A stretch of 64,000 nt of DNA from Haliotis rufescens. Lineage: Eukaryota. Below the pieces are notes generated by a model. It was not told the DNA's origin. It ran no database searches and worked only from the letters and a program-made list of their open reading frames with translations. The stretch lies in contig NW_025964223.1 in NCBI RefSeq assembly GCF_023055435.1, positions 39,928,001 through 39,992,000 of the forward strand, read 5' to 3'. The position numbers were made by a program, and so were the translations under genes. Below are positions 39,963 to 54,700 of the stretch, piece by piece. Position 1 is the first letter of the stretch; the number at the start of each line of letters is the position of its first letter.

Positions 39963-42900
39963 TTATTTAATGTCAGATGGGACAAGCTTGGCTGTGACAA
40001 GGGCTACCGAAGTCACATATCCTTTCGACTCTTTGTTGGAGAAGTTAACCTGGACCGTGATAGAAGTGGTGTTCAACAAGGTGGAATGGACATCAAACTC
40101 CCAAACATCCATGTAGGTATGGATGTCACTGTTCTGCCTGTCTGAGTCATACAGCTTGAAGAAAGAATCAAGAGTTTGGCTGTTGAGGGTAACAGATTTC
40201 AGATCGTTTGTTTCAGTAGTGGGCCAGCTGGTCGAAACTCGCAGAATTCCGTTGTGAATCTCGACAACCGGGAGAGATATGGTTGTAACAGCGATGCTGT
40301 CCTTGATAGGTATAATGACATCAGTTCCGTAGTATGTAGTTTCATTGAGAGTGACTTTAGGTAGTTGGCCTGAGTGGGTCTTGAATGTGAAGCGACATGT
40401 AGCTTCTGGAGGAAGTTCAACCATTCCTTGGGTCTTTCCGATGTCAAAGGGTCTGTTGAAGGTGATAATTGGATTCCAGTTGTCCTCGATTGTGATGCAT
40501 GTAGCTTCTCCAGTGGTTGGTGTGATCCAGTCATCTTGAAAAACTATCTTGACGGTCTGTGACTGTTGAGAATAACTGTGTAGGAGAATGACCGTTTCAT
40601 TATTCAAGGGACTGGACATTGCCAGCGGCGACACAGTTCGTTCCTGTCCGTTAGATTGACTGGAGGTTCTGATAAAGGAGTACTCTGATGTGAAATTGTA
40701 CCAAAATTCGAAGACGTCGGCAATCCGTGTGGGTTTTCCTTGAAGAGTAAAAAGTGACCAGTTAAGACTTTCATGTTCTGGGGATTGTTCATTAGACAAG
40801 AGAAACACCACTCCTCGGTCAACGTATTCTCTGAGACCTATTTGGGTGAATCGGTGGGCATTGGCGTTGTATATTGTTGAAAAATCGACTATACCCGATG
40901 GAGCAGTTGAGCTGATTCCTTTTACTCCACCGCGACCATATTCACTGATAATGAGGGGGATAATTTTCCCCTTCTTTCTATGGACATAGCTTTCAATGAG
41001 GTCGACAAATGCTACCAAACGTGCTTCATTATTACCAGTAAATCTGTGAGATTTCCCCGAAACAACAAGTGAGTTGTATGAATGAAAGGAAAATACATCT
41101 AAATGGTCTAAAGCAATGTCCATAAACTGTACTAGTTTGGGCCAGAACGAAAAGTCGTTCCTATCTATGTCTGTATTATATCCTGTAATTGTCGGGCCAG
41201 CCACCTTGATGTTAAATCTGGCATGGAGTTTCTCGGCAACTGCTTTGTGGTAAATGCCGACAGTGGTGCTGAAATTCAAGATCTGCCAATCAGCCTCTGG
41301 CTCATTGATGACCTCGAAGTATGGCGGGATCTGACCTTGGGTGTAGTCGTACACTCCTTGCACCATCAACATCATGAACTCAGCAGCAGCATCGACGTTG
41401 TTAGGAAAATGACCTTCATGTTCTGACTGGTTCATCCAGTTTGGCCAGTTATGAGCTAAAAACATAAATAAACAACATATTGATATACTGATACAATGAT
41501 GCTCACTTTTTTTGGAAATATGCACAAACATTTCAGAAAGATGGTTCTCATTTAAAGATGTAGTGTGTCTCTGTTCTTAAATATACGAAAATAGATAGGT
41601 CAAATAATGATGATAAATATCGTAAATTGTGTGATTAAATTGCTTTTAGTCCCAATAAATTCATCTTAAAATGTAAATATACATCTAATTTTATTGGTAT
41701 AATTACATTGAGTACCAATCACTGGCATTTTCATGTTGTCTTGGTATGTCTGCTTATTGCAGTTGGGCAGAGTTAACCAAGAATTTTATTACTCTGCTAT
41801 TTGTTTTGCAGTGTCACGTTTCTTACACGCGCCAGGATTCTGTGGTCATTGATTTAATTCATAGATTCTCTCGGGTTATGATCTTTCGTTTGACAGCTCC
41901 ATACCCGTTTTCATCAATGTTTGTTGTTTGTTAGTTGTTTAAAGCCGCACTCACCAATATTCCAGCTACATGACGGCGGTCTGTAAATAATCGAGTCTGG
42001 ACCAGACGATCCAATGATTGACATCATGAGCATCGATCTATGCAAATGGTAAACGATGACATGCATCAACCAAGTGAGCGAGCCTGGCCATCCGTTCCCT
42101 TTCGTCGCCTCTTATGACAAGCGTAGAGGCCTTTTACGGCAAGCATTGGTTGCTGAACACCTATTCTACCCCAGATCTTCACGGGTCTTTTCGTCAATGT
42201 AAACACCAATTATCATTCGTTGTACATCAGTATGAATGCCTCTAAAACCTAGGTTAGTTTGATTTTATTGCCAGTAAGTATTACCAATTGTGTGCTTTCC
42301 GGGTACACTTACATCTTGTCACCATGATCATTTCGTTCTTGTAACCACTGTTAATGTTAGCAAGGTACTTGGAGAATAGTTCCTGCTGTTTGGTGACGTT
42401 CTTGAGATAGTTGGGGTCAGGGTAGCCACTATGGTTTGGGTCCTCTGGCCACTGCAAGTAATATTGGTAGGTATAATAATCATATATTTCTCCATGTTTT
42501 ATATTGTGATTACATGTCACGGAGTCAGGCCTACAAATGAAAACTCACAGACTGCAACCAAAATAATACAACAATACATATCTGTAATATTGTCGCTGTT
42601 TGTTGTACATTTACTCGCTGTCAGCTTCCGTTTTGTTCTGCGCATGCTTTGTGTGGAAGGCTGCGGTCTGTGTGTTTCAGTGCTGACGTTTGCATGTTTT
42701 CGGCAGCGTGCTCTCAGATTTATGTTGCTGTTTCTTAGTTTCGTTCTCATCGTTTTTTGTTGCCGATTCCTTATGTATTGTATGTATACGTTTTTAGGTG
42801 CAGTCTGTCAGTCTTCATTGGTAGGCCGGGGACTATTCAATGAAATGACATGTATGGCATTATAAATATCAATACATCTAATCGTATGAAAACAGAAAAA

Positions 42901-43399
42901 GACTATGTTCCAAAGAGTCTCTGTTGTTTCATTGTCACAAACAATATACGCATACACATTTGAAACATCAGTCTCGAAGAATGTAATTCAAACAACATGA
43001 GTACATTACACGTTCCTGTAATATAACCAGACATGATCAGAGCCCATCTTGTAATTATTGTCTATCCCAATTACAAAGAGAAAAAGAATCTCATTCAGTC
43101 TCTAGTTTTAAACGGGAGATCATCGTTAACAGATTATCGGATATGAAAGAAAGTCTCACATCTTGAAAGAGATTATCATTTAAATCTCTGTTCATCCAGC
43201 GCCCGCTGTCAGTCCGAATACTCCGACAACTTGGAATCAGGAATTCCTGTTCCAGACCATTGTGCTTGCTCCATCTATCCGGCTCATAGCGAAGATTACC
43301 CCCCTTTGCCAGCCACTGGGGGTAGATCGTCACAGTCGTGTTGCTGAATACAACGCCTGTTGACAGGCTCAAAATGAAAAGAACCAGTCTCAATTTCAT
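39963..43399 (-). CDS. Secreted GH86-like enzyme, copy 6 (intact, 623 aa). Exons 43160-43399, 42313-42451, 39963-41455
   Basis: Canonical GT-AG sites and exons 240+139+1493 nt in frame. Signal peptide MKLRLVLFILSLSTGVVFS; motifs FEVINEPE and ISEYG. Confidence 0.88.
41920..42186 (-). mobile_element. SINE-like family D, full length (intron 2 of copy 6)
   Basis: Reverse complement starts CCCGTGAAGATCTGGGGTAGAATAGGTGTTCAGCAACC and ends in a CAAC/AAAC tail. Confidence 0.8.
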
Positions 43400-43959
43400 T
43401 TTCCCTGACATGTAGTATTTCCCGACAAAGGTCATAACTAGTGTAGAGGAGAGTGACAGTGCTGTATAGCTTAAGGTTCACTGGTGATATGTTATCGTTG
43501 ACCTCAATACAGCTGCTCTATAAATGTGTGACAATGATTGTAAAAACAAGGTTTATGTTTTTTTTAGGCTCGTCGATCGGCTAGGTCTCGAGGTTAACTC
43601 AGCGGTGCGCTTCAACAGATTATGTGGAGACCGAACCCATCCAGTTCACTTAACTAAAAGGTCACTTCATCGATTCAGATACACCTAAGTGCCATAGAAT
43701 TAACAACAATTTGCATCTGTCGAGCTGCTTGTTTTATGAAAATACGCACGCGAATTCTTTTTGTAAACACCAAAAACTGATTGTGAGATGTATTATATTT
43801 CCGAAACAAATTCTAAACGATTCAAATTCAAACATTAATCGTTGTAGGAGCGTTAAATCTTTGTATATTATAGCATGATAATAACATAAATAGCTTATTA
43901 TTCAGCTCTCAAAACAGTTACTTGACGATATAAACAGTGCAGAACAAAATTAATATAAT

Positions 43960-44215
43960 GGGGGCACGGGTGGTCCAGTCGTCTAAGGCGCCGCGAATCG
44001 CTGTGCAGAGTTGCGTCACTTGGGCACGCCAGAAACCCGGTTCGCCCCGATTATGTTTCTATGTTTGTCGGCACCATACCCGTGCTCGTGGGTTTCACCG
44101 AAGTGGTTAACCTGCATCACTTGGGGCTTTTCTCCCACATTAAGGTGACACGCCGTGATATAACTGGAATACTGTTACAAGAGCCGTAAAACCCAACTCA
44201 CTCACTCACTCACTC
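43960..44215 (+). mobile_element. SINE family A
   Basis: GGGGGCACGGGTGGTCCAGTCGTCTAAGGCGCCGC head and (ACTC)n tail. A further deleted copy lies at about 44663-44777. Confidence 0.85.
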
Positions 44216-44434
44216 TAGCCCTACCAGTACCAATATTTCTCACCACAGCACCATGTGCCGCCTTTGTGACCGATACACACTGTTCACTTCAACTGCAGAC
44301 CAACCGAGAACCGGCCGACCAAGGGTACCACACCTGCACAGGATCGCTACATTCGACTGTTCCACATAAGTCATCGCAATGCCATAGCTACGGAGACTGC
44401 AGACTGCAGAAATGTATCACTCTGTTCCGAAGTT

Positions 44435-45745
44435 TGAGAAGTGTACAAGGACCAGGTTATATGTGGTGGCTAACAAATGGGTAGAAACACCAAATCTCCG
44501 AAACTCCTATTGGTGTCGCAGTCAAAACTTGCCAGTCGCACACTTCTTAAAGAGGACATTAAGAGGTTAAAGAAGACAGATGATAGATTTTTGTTCGATT
44601 GATTAACTGACTGCGAGAAATCTCATTCTTCAGTATTTATGCAGAACATATCATGATGATTTCGAGTTGCGTCCCTTGGGCACTCAGGAAACCTATGATT
44701 GTGTGTTCGAATCCCGAGTTCCCGATAACTGGAATGTTGTTAAAAGCGGCGTTAAACCCAACTCACTCACTCACTCATGATCAAATCAGACTGAAACTTT
44801 TAATAAGTATCTGGTATTGTTTACAACAATTGATTACACATAAGAGTGAGCTGCGGTCATTGGCACTGTTTCCTAAAATGTCTCTCATGGTATTTCAGCG
44901 AATAACCAGAATTCATAATCATGTTATAATTGTATATTAAACAGGGAAGAGCGACTTTGTAATCAAACCTCTTATCAATTAGTAAGTATTTAAGAAGTGA
45001 AAAATGTCCTCGGTATCAAAGAACAGATCTACCAGCAACAATAACAAATCAACCACAACGAAACTAAAACTGAGTTAGGTGTAGAGTACGATTAACCAGA
45101 TCTGTATTAAATAATAGCAGCAATTTGAAATTACTGCTTTTACTTACAGTTCCTTAGCTGATACATCGCTACTTGTTGTATTGCTTTCTATAATCATGTA
45201 AGAGAATGGATGCAAAGATGTCTTTATTTAGTGCTAACAATTGTCCGAAAACATGTTCCTTGTCTAATGAAAACACCCTCGTTACTTCCATTCAATGTCC
45301 AGTTCTAAAAGGTAAGAATCAGCACAGAAAAGCAATCAGAATCTCAATGCTCCGTGTCATGCACGAGGATACTAAGGCTAGCCTGAGCAGTCATGGGACT
45401 GATATAGTGTTGCAATATCCTAGACAGAGCAGTTGAGATAATTCGTGTTACTCCCCCATTCCCATATTCACTGATAACAGGGGGCATAATCCTTCCCGTC
45501 TTTCGATGGACACAATTGTCACTCAGGGCGACAAAAACTAGCAGACGTGCTTCATTTATACTCGTAAAAGGGTGAGATGTTCCCGAAAAAATAAGTGACT
45601 TGTACGATTGAGAGGAAAACACGTCTAAATAGTGCAGAGCTTAAAGAATGTTCCTCTCTGTCTCTGTGTTATATCCTATAATTGTACAGCCAGCCTCTTT
45701 GATGTTTAATCTGGAAAGGAGTTCCTCAGCAACTGGTTTGCTGTA
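44435..45745 (-). pseudogene. GH86-like copy 7, decayed relic (exon 3 fragments at about 45380-45745 and 44435-44560)
   Basis: Translation FSSQSYKSLIFSGTSHPFTSINEARLLVFVALSDNCVHRKTGRIMPPVISEYGNGGV is clearly homologous. No exon 1 or 2 is seen, and the fragment is cut by a family D element at about 45745-45955. Confidence 0.8.
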
Positions 45746-45955
45746 AAAAGCGACTATGCTTGTAGTAAGAGGTGACTAACGGGATCGGGTGGTCAGGCTC
45801 GCTGACCTGGTTGATGCATGTCTCCGTCATCCCATTTGCGTGGTTCGATGCTAATGATGTCAATCACTGGATTGTCTGGTCCAGACTCGATTTACAGACC
45901 GCCGACATACAGCTGGAATATTGGTGAGTGTAGCGTTACACAACAAACCAACAAG
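45745..45955 (+). mobile_element. SINE-like family D, 5'-truncated
   Basis: GCGACTATGCTTGTAGTAAGAGGTGACTAACGGGATCGGGTGGTCAGGCTCGCTGAC...CAACAAACCAAC. Confidence 0.8.
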
Positions 45956-47669
45956 TCATGTAAGTCTTAGATATATATTTCCCGTGTATGAGATACATGG
46001 GGCATCTACCCAAGATTGTCTATCTCCATTAAATTAAACAATAAATCTTTGTATCTTTTCCTTAAATGCAGATCGGTCTCAAAACTTTCATCCCAACACT
46101 ATCATGCATTATTGCAAAATCACTGTATGATGAAAGATGAGTTTATAAACAGATATTGCAAAATACCTACGCGGACTAGAATTAGAATTATGTAACATTG
46201 CGATTGGTCCTCCTGTCACTCTCATGGCGAACGTTCCTGCGTTCAGACTACAGCCAAATATAAGGGAACTAATGAAATGATAGTGGAGGTGTACTTACGA
46301 TAAATGCAGCCTGACGATAAAGTGTTGTTCATGCATGATGTGAAATTTCATTGTGATAACCTGATGTTGCGTTCAGATGCTTCGCCACAACATTGTAAAT
46401 GTACACCTCAACGATAGCTACTTTCAAATCGTAAGTTCCCTTATTTGTTGTCGATAGTGCATAGACAATTTAAATTGTAATGATCTATAGTACTTGATGG
46501 TGGCTCCTTATTATGTTTGACAGCTCGGTTGCATGGTTGATAGCGTCATCGTCCCTCGACGGCGTGGCTCGGTGTTCACAATATCAAGACCAGACTCGAT
46601 ATAGACAGGCCGCCGTCATATAGCTTGAATGTTGCTGAGAGTGGCATTAAATAAGAAACAAATAAAGACACCGTTTGACAAAGCCTCACCGTTAATACAC
46701 GAAGTTGTACATTTCCAGTAACTATTTGTTATTAAAAGTATTTTCTCGTAACGTAGCTGAAACCTCCATACAAGGTCGGCCCCGTCTAAGATAAATAAAT
46801 TAGACAGGCTTTGGAAATGTATATGAAACCACAACACATAGTCGACTATTTGCTGTTTATATTGTTATGATGTTTTCCTCGCATACGTACGAGCGTTAGA
46901 CAACCAGCTTCGGGGTTATCAAAGATCTGAGATGTCTTAGAATTAAAAAGAATCACGATTGTGTCCCGCTAATATAAAAAAGCCCTCCCACCACCTATTC
47001 GGATGTTCTGTGATGGAACATTGTGTGGATTGATAATGGTCACGTTCGTTTCTTTTGTCTTTGATCCTTGTTAGTGTCTTGCTGAACTTGTTGTCAGATT
47101 GCCTGTTTTATCATCATCGCGCTTTTTTAAAAGGCAAGGATCCTTCAATAAAAATAACCTACACGGACAGGACAACCTGTCTCATTTCATAACGAGGAAT
47201 CAATAATTGGGAATAAAGCTGTTTAAAAGCTGAAAGAGGAATGCTGGTCTGTAGGACATTTCCCCAACACGTTTAAGCAGAGATTTACCTGTTGATGTGT
47301 ACTGTGTTAGAGTCAGCCCATGAAGTGGTGTAGCGTTAAAAAATTAAAAACGTTACCGAGCACTCAAGCCAATATTTGTAGTTTTTATAGCCATGCCATT
47401 GATATTCCTACTATGTTGAACAATGTCCAGTTGATAATGGGGCTTTGCTCAAGCTGAGTAATTTATGTTCAAAATCATCTCAGAGGAATTACTTGCAGTC
47501 GAAAAACTGACCATAAGTTCAAACAGGTAAATATCAGCACCATTTAGTGTTACGACCAGGGCCACAATCGCAATACTGCAAAGATTTATCACCTTGGTCT
47601 AATGACATTTTTGAAATATAGTAATAATGACATGAGACAAAATGACGCGAACTTGTTTAATTATGTCAA

Positions 47670-50600
47670 TTATAATTCTGACGCATTATCAGATGGGACA
47701 AGCTTGGCTGTGACAAGAGCAACTGAAGAAACATATCCTGCTGTCATGTCGTTAGAGAAGTGGAACTGTACAAAGTTAGCCCCCGTGACAAAGAGGGAAG
47801 TAGGGACAGCAAACTCCCAAACTTCCCAATAGGTGGTGCTGTTAAACTTGTCGGAATCATACAGCTTATAAAAAGAGTCAAGGCGGTGGAGGTTGAAGGT
47901 AACATACGATACATAGTTTGTTTCATTGATCGACCAACTGGTTGAAACTCTTAATCTTGCACTGTGGTATTGATCATTTGGTAGATTTATGTCAGTCAAA
48001 GCGATCTTATCTTTGATTGGTATAAGAATATCAGCGCCGTAGTATGTGGTTTCGTTGAGAGTGACAGTAGGTAATTGGTCTGAGGGGGTCTTGAATGTCA
48101 AGTGACATGTTGCCTCAGGGGGAAGTTCAAACATTCCTTGTGTCTTCTGGATGTTAAAGGGCTCGTTGAAGGTCATGATCGGATACCATTCGTCCTTGAT
48201 GGTGATGCAAGTAGCTTCTCCCATGGCTGGTTTCATCCATTCGTCCTTAAAGTCAAGCTTGACTGTTTGCAACTTCTGAGAATAGCTATGTAAGAGAATG
48301 ACGGTTTCGTTATGCAGGGAACTGGACATTGCTAAGGGAGACACGGTTCGTTCCTGTCCATCATATTGGCTGGTTGTTCTGATAAAGGAATAGTCTGACG
48401 AGAACTTGTACCAAAACTCAAAGACGTCGACAATACGTGTAGCATTTCCTTGAAGAGTGAAAAGTGACCAGTTGAGACTATCATGTCCTGGATATTTTTC
48501 ATTGGCTGAAAGAAACACCACTGCTCTGTCAATGTATTCCCTTAGACTGAGTTGAGTGAATCTGTGGGCATTGCAATGGTATATTGTTGAGAAGTCTACT
48601 ATACCTGATGGAGCAAATTTGTCAATTCCTAACACAATATCGCGGCCATATTCACTGATAACAAGGGGGACGGTCTTTCCTGTTTTCTGAGAGGCATAAC
48701 TTTCAACCAGGTCGACAAATGCTACCAGACGTGCTTCATTCATTCCAGTGAGATTGTGAGATTTGCCTGTCACGATGAGTGAATTGTACGAATGAAAAGA
48801 AAACACGTCCAAATAGTCTGATGTGACGTCCATGAAATATGCCACTTGTTTCCAGTACGAAAAGTCGTTTCTATCTGCTGACCCTGTTTCGCCGTCAAGT
48901 GTAGGCCCAGACACTTTGATGTTAAATCTGGCATGGAGTTTCTCCGCAACTAATTTGTGGAAGATGGCAACAGTCGTAAAATTCCAGATGTCAGTCTTAG
49001 CGTCTGGTTCATTTATGGGCTCGAAGTAGGGTGGAATCTCTCCTTTGGTATAGTCATATACTCCTTGCACCATCAGCACTATGAACTCTGCAGCAGCATC
49101 GATGTTGTTGGGGAATTGACCCTCATGTTCGGACTGGTTTATCCAACTTGGCCAGCTATGAGCTTAAAGCAACAATATGATGGAACATGAAACTGACATA
49201 CAAATGAAATTAAAAACATATATGTGCTTTCGATGAGAATATGCTGATTGGTGTTTGATGTGTTGTCTTATTATGAAACATAATAAGTTATCTTTGTTCT
49301 CAAGGAAAATCAATCTATTTAACATGTATTGTGAAATAGATGAACACTAATTTGCTTTTAGGTACTCGCCTCTAAATGTACTTCTCCACTTTTGACAGGG
49401 ATTTTTTTTATTTTTCCGTGGTATACAAAACTGAATCTCATTCTCGTCAAGGGTATTTTAAAATAAAATGACATAACTGATCAAAAGTTGAATAATATAC
49501 ATCTCAAATGTCTGTGCACATCTCCCATAATAATTTGTACATACAAATACAACAATGATTATGGAGTGTGGTTCTTTGTTTTCACTCGCGATGGCCGAAC
49601 ATGCACTCACCTGTCTATTGAACGCTAGTGACGGTTCCGAATTAGTCTCTTACATATTTTGTTTAAACTCTTTTTGTGTTAGAACATTTGTGACAGAGAT
49701 GCAAATCTGAATACACCTAAGATCTTCCGTCTTAAATATATTTATTTAACTTTCACATGATAGTGTTTCTTTGAGAACATTCTCACCTTTGGCCACCATG
49801 ATCATTTCATTCTTATAACCACTGTTGACGTTAGTGAGGTACTGGGAGAACAGTTCCTGCTGTTTGGTGACATTCTCCAAGTAGTTGGGGTCAGGGTAGC
49901 CACTACGGTTTGTGTCCTCTGGCCACTGTATAATTGATAAATGAAATTAACGGTTAATTTGGATCCATTAATGTCGTCAGACATGGAACTTTATGGATAA
50001 CAATTTCTTAATTTTTTGTAGCAACGCTCCGTAGGCTACTTCTTGCCCCTTCATCAGTGAAAATGTAATTTCGAAGATATGAAGAAACATTATGGAAAAC
50101 AACCTTGGTATTCCTTTTCTCCAAACACTATTTTAGAGGTTATTGCTGTTTAAATCCGCACTCAGCAGTTCTTCAGCTATATATGGCGCCAGCATGTAAA
50201 TGATCGAGTATAGACGAGACAATGTAGTCCTTGATATTATGAGGTACGATCCACGCTGCAATGGTACATTGACACGCTTTCCACCAAGTCACTGAGCCTG
50301 ATCACCCGATCCCTCTTAAGCTTGCGATCAGCTTAGGTTATTGCAGACTTACGCTAACCCAGAACCTGCACGTGTAAGCTCATCAAGTAATAAGTGTTGA
50401 TCCTAATGACATAAAGACATAAAGCACTGTCTAATATATGAAGAACAAGGACAAAAAAATCGAATTGGAAAGAAAATCTCACATCTTGGAAGAGACGATC
50501 ATTTAGATCTCTGTTCATCCAGCGCCCACTGTCAGTCCGAATGCTCCGACAATTTGCAATAAGGGACTCCTTTTCCAGGCCGTTATGCTTGTTCCATCTG

Positions 50601-50722
50601 TCACTCTCATAGCGAACTCTACCTCCCTGTGCCAGCCACTGAGGGTAGATCGTCACCGTCGTGTCACTGCTCACACCAACTATTATCAGGCTCAAAGTGA
50701 AATAGACAAGTCTCAATGCCAT
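47670..50722 (-). CDS. Secreted GH86-like enzyme, copy 8 (intact, 623 aa). Exons 50483-50722, 49787-49925, 47670-49162
   Basis: Exons 240+139+1493 nt in frame; the exon 3 acceptor is AAG. Signal peptide MALRLVYFTLSLIIVGVSS; motifs FEPINEPD and ISEYG. Confidence 0.87.
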
Positions 50723-51059
50723 TGCCACTGAAATGTAAGGTAATCTTGGCCTCGTGAAGAGTTGAAAAGATGTACTTGGGAGCGAGAGGTTTTATAGTTA
50801 GAATTCATGGAAATTATCTCTGACCCTGACACTGCCATTCTATAAATGCGTATACATGATAAGGAATGGCGCTGTCATGTAGGTGTGGTGGTAGATTTAC
50901 TTCTGTAGAACGAGAGGTTATATGTATTTTCAAAGTATCACTGAAACGCCAATCCCTTAGAGAACACTCATCTTTTCTGTCAAGTCGAAACTAATATTTG
51001 AAAATATCAATGCAGACGATTTTGTACCTTTATTGATATTCTGAGTGTTTATGAAACAC

Positions 51060-51725
51060 TATCAAATAGTGATGATACCAGGTTTCCTGCCCCAACGGTG
51101 GCATCCGTCACAAACACATGCAAAGACAAGTCATATTTTCACCTAAAAACACCGGAACATATGGCACAAGCCAAAATCTGGAATTGCATCAGACATACGT
51201 TTTGTCACTGATGTGTTAAATTTGGAAATGTCCTCCACATGTCTACCCAAAAAACGTTTTGAAAGCTTTACTGATGCAATAAATGTTATAACCTTGATTA
51301 AACAACTTCTGAGAAAGAGTTGTATGATACTCTTTGAAATATTGGTAAAAAAAGAGCATGCTTGATTTTACCTCAAACATTGGGAAATGTAGACACCTGC
51401 TGCTGCGGGAACATTGTTTGACATAAAGGGAAAGTTGACTATTGGAAAGTTGAAGTTATCTCTCTTCTCATGCAAACTTGTTGAGAGTCACTCTAAATAT
51501 GAAACAGATGAAGCAGTCTCTCTGGTCCCTTTCATTTCTAGTTCAGGTGGGTAAATCAGTAGAAAAAGGAGGGGCAAGTTGATGGTTATTGAACGATATA
51601 AGATGATTGACATACCTAAAGCTTAAGTGAAACGTCTTTGTCAAATTACCATGTTTTGATTTTGACAATCTGTGCAGAAACCGATTCACATGCATCTGAA
51701 ATTCTAATTTATATACATAAAGAAA
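51060..51725 (-). mobile_element. Penelope-like retroelement reverse transcriptase fragment (degenerate)
   Basis: Minus-strand translation gives VFLYVYKLEF, FHLSFRYVNHLISFNN (decayed FRYIDD), LHEKRDNFNFPIVNFP, GVYISQ and KLFNQGY, with stops and frameshifts. Confidence 0.7.
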
Positions 51726-51728
51726 CAC

Positions 51729-54700
51729 CACGTGGGGATCTGGGATAAAATCTGTCCCCAGCACCCCATTGCTGGTCGTAAGAGGCGACCGAATTGGACA
51801 ACTCGTTAGCCGTGAGTTGCGACCCTGTGTAGGTGGAGGAGGGAGTCTAATACTCGAGGGCTCTGGTTCCTTTGGCCTAGACAGATGGTAGTATTGGTCA
51901 GCCCTGTGCGCAATAATTCTATTTTTTTGCACATACATACATTTTATTTTTCACAAATGTATTGAGTCCTATGTCAGAAGGTGGTGGCTCCAAGGCCAAT
52001 CTGGTAATGTTGAACGCTTAATTCTCCAAATTATTGTTATGGACAGAACCAGCTTGGCAGTTAATTAAGTAGACAAATATAGCTATTCATGTAATATTTG
52101 CTGGAGTGTAACACCAACGTAGCCCTGTATTTTTGCATTTTGGATATCCAATGAAACAAGGCACCATCCTTGTTGACACACGATGGTGGGTTGGAGAACC
52201 ACTTTCTCTCATTATGTCTATAAAATACTATGGTTAAAAAAGAAAACACATGGATGCAAGCTCTTCTGATGAAGAAACTGATCTGAAATTAGATTCCTGG
52301 GCTCGAATCACTTCAATCGAAGCATCAGATCATCAACCTTTGAAATTGAACCAATTTGACATTTTGAAGGCCATCAATGGTTGTTGTGGTAAATTGAAAA
52401 TGTTACCCACCTCCGTAATGTCTCCATACTTGTGGAGTCTGGAAGGAAATAACAATATCTAAACTTGTTATCTATCAGCCAATTTGCAAATGTGGCGGTT
52501 GATGTCTCTGCACACAGAACACTGAACTCATGTCGAGGCGTCGTAAGAGACAGAGCCCGATGTCTGTCTGACGGGAGTGAAGATGTCAATGTGACGTAAA
52601 CAAGGTGTAACAGCTGTCAAGCGTTTCACAGAAAAAGATGGCACTATTATCAAGACAAACACTTATCTCTTTACTTTTTCCTTTTTTAAAATTCCAACAT
52701 CTATCAAAGTTGAATATTTTAATGTACCAAACCCACTCCGATGTTCAAAATGTCAATATTTTGGACACGGCGCTAAGACCTGCACTCTCAATACAATCTG
52801 TGTCCGCTGCAGTGGGTCACATGAGAGTAGTAAGGGCACAGCTGTCATCAAATGTGCAAATTGCAAGGGGGACCATTTAGCCTCAGCAAAACTTTGTCCA
52901 GAATTTCTTCTTCAATAACAAATATATAAAATCAAACACACTAACAAGATCTCTTTACATGATGATAAAAGAATTAGTTCAGTCACAATCTCCAAATACT
53001 TCAACTCAATCTTACTCAGCAGCAGTTGCCACGGTATCTACAGGAAGCCAAACAACCATCTCTTGTTTAAGAGATCAGCAGATGCTACTAGATATTACAG
53101 CTCCAACATCTCAAAATGATGCAACAAAAGCAACATCACAGTCTTCAATTAAAACATTACAACCAGAATCAGGACCAATTCAAGGAGATTTACATTTAAT
53201 GAAAAACTAAAATAAAAATGGCCAGGACCTTCAACACTTCTTCTGAGCCCACGCCTTTGGCGTTGCATTCACTCCATTTCAGACAGGCCATGGGAGTAGT
53301 CCTCCCTCCCAGGCAAGATCCACAGAAGAACCATCATGAACAGTTCTAACCCTATAATGCACTGGAATTGCAGAGGCCTTCAGAACAATTATATTGATAT
53401 GCAGCTATTGACACAAGATTTGATGGCTTCAGCGTTTTGTTTGCAGGAAACGTTTTTATAGATACAGATCAACTCAACATTTGACAATATAATTCCTATC
53501 AGTTCTTTTCACATCCAGGGGCTAAGGCAACTGACGGTTCTTCAATCTTGGTGAGGCAGGGAGTTATTCATTGACCTGTTTCTCTCAAGACCCCTCAACA
53601 CGTTATCACAGTGTGACCAGCTTCCTAAGCCCTGTATCATCATGGGCGATGTGAACGGACATAATCCTCTTTGGGGTAGTAAAGGCCAGATCCTTGAAGA
53701 TATTATTTCCAAAAATACTCTGTGCCTTTTTAATGATAATTCGAAAAACATTTTTATATCCTGGTACATCTACAGCCACATACTCTTCTCTTGATTTGTC
53801 TGTTATGGGGGCACGGGTGGCCCAGTCGTCTAAGGCGCCGCAATTCGCAGAAACCTATGACTGTGGTTTCGAATCCCTGTTCGCCCAAACTATGTTTCTA
53901 GCTATAGGTTTGTCAGCACCAGACACGTGCTCGTGGGTTTCACCAAAGTGGTAAGCGTCCAACACCTGCATCCACTCGGGGTTTCCTCCCACATTAAGCT
54001 GACACGCCGTGATATAACTGGAGTACTGTTAACAGCGGTGTTAAACACAACTCACTCACTCACTGTTACAGATTCCAACCTACTACATAAATTTGAGTGG
54101 CCAGTCCACGAAGTGACCACTTTCCAACCCTTCTAAACCCCATTACCCCATCTGACGTTCTGAAAGGCTAACTGGCCTTTATATGACATTCTCTGTACAG
54201 CCAAACTGAAACCTGGTCGCTTTACTGACGTTCCTAACCCTATACAAGCTTTTCTGATGAACTCAAAAATATAGCTGAAGAATGTGTTCCAAGGTCCTCT
54301 GCAAATCCCCATATACGATTACCATGGTTAAACTATGCCTGCAAACGAGGTAGGTAGGCGAGCAAAAGGGCGGAGCGTAATTTGAATAAATTAAAAAAAT
54401 AAAAGCCAAAGCACGGCGTACATTTCAACAAAGTAAACGCTAATCTTTGCGAAATTATGTGTTAAAAATAGATTAACGAAAGCTCATGTCCAAGGTATGG
54501 AACATGATATAAAAAATCAAAGGTAGGGGCACTAAATTTAGTATTCATTATCTTGAAACTTTGTGAAACTTTGTTTAAACACTCTTCCCCATCTAACTGT
54601 GTACCTAAATTTCAAAAGTATCAAAAGCAGCAAGAAAAGAAAACTCTTAATTTTAATTCATGATCAGATAATGGAAAAGATTATAATGAACTATAGTCTA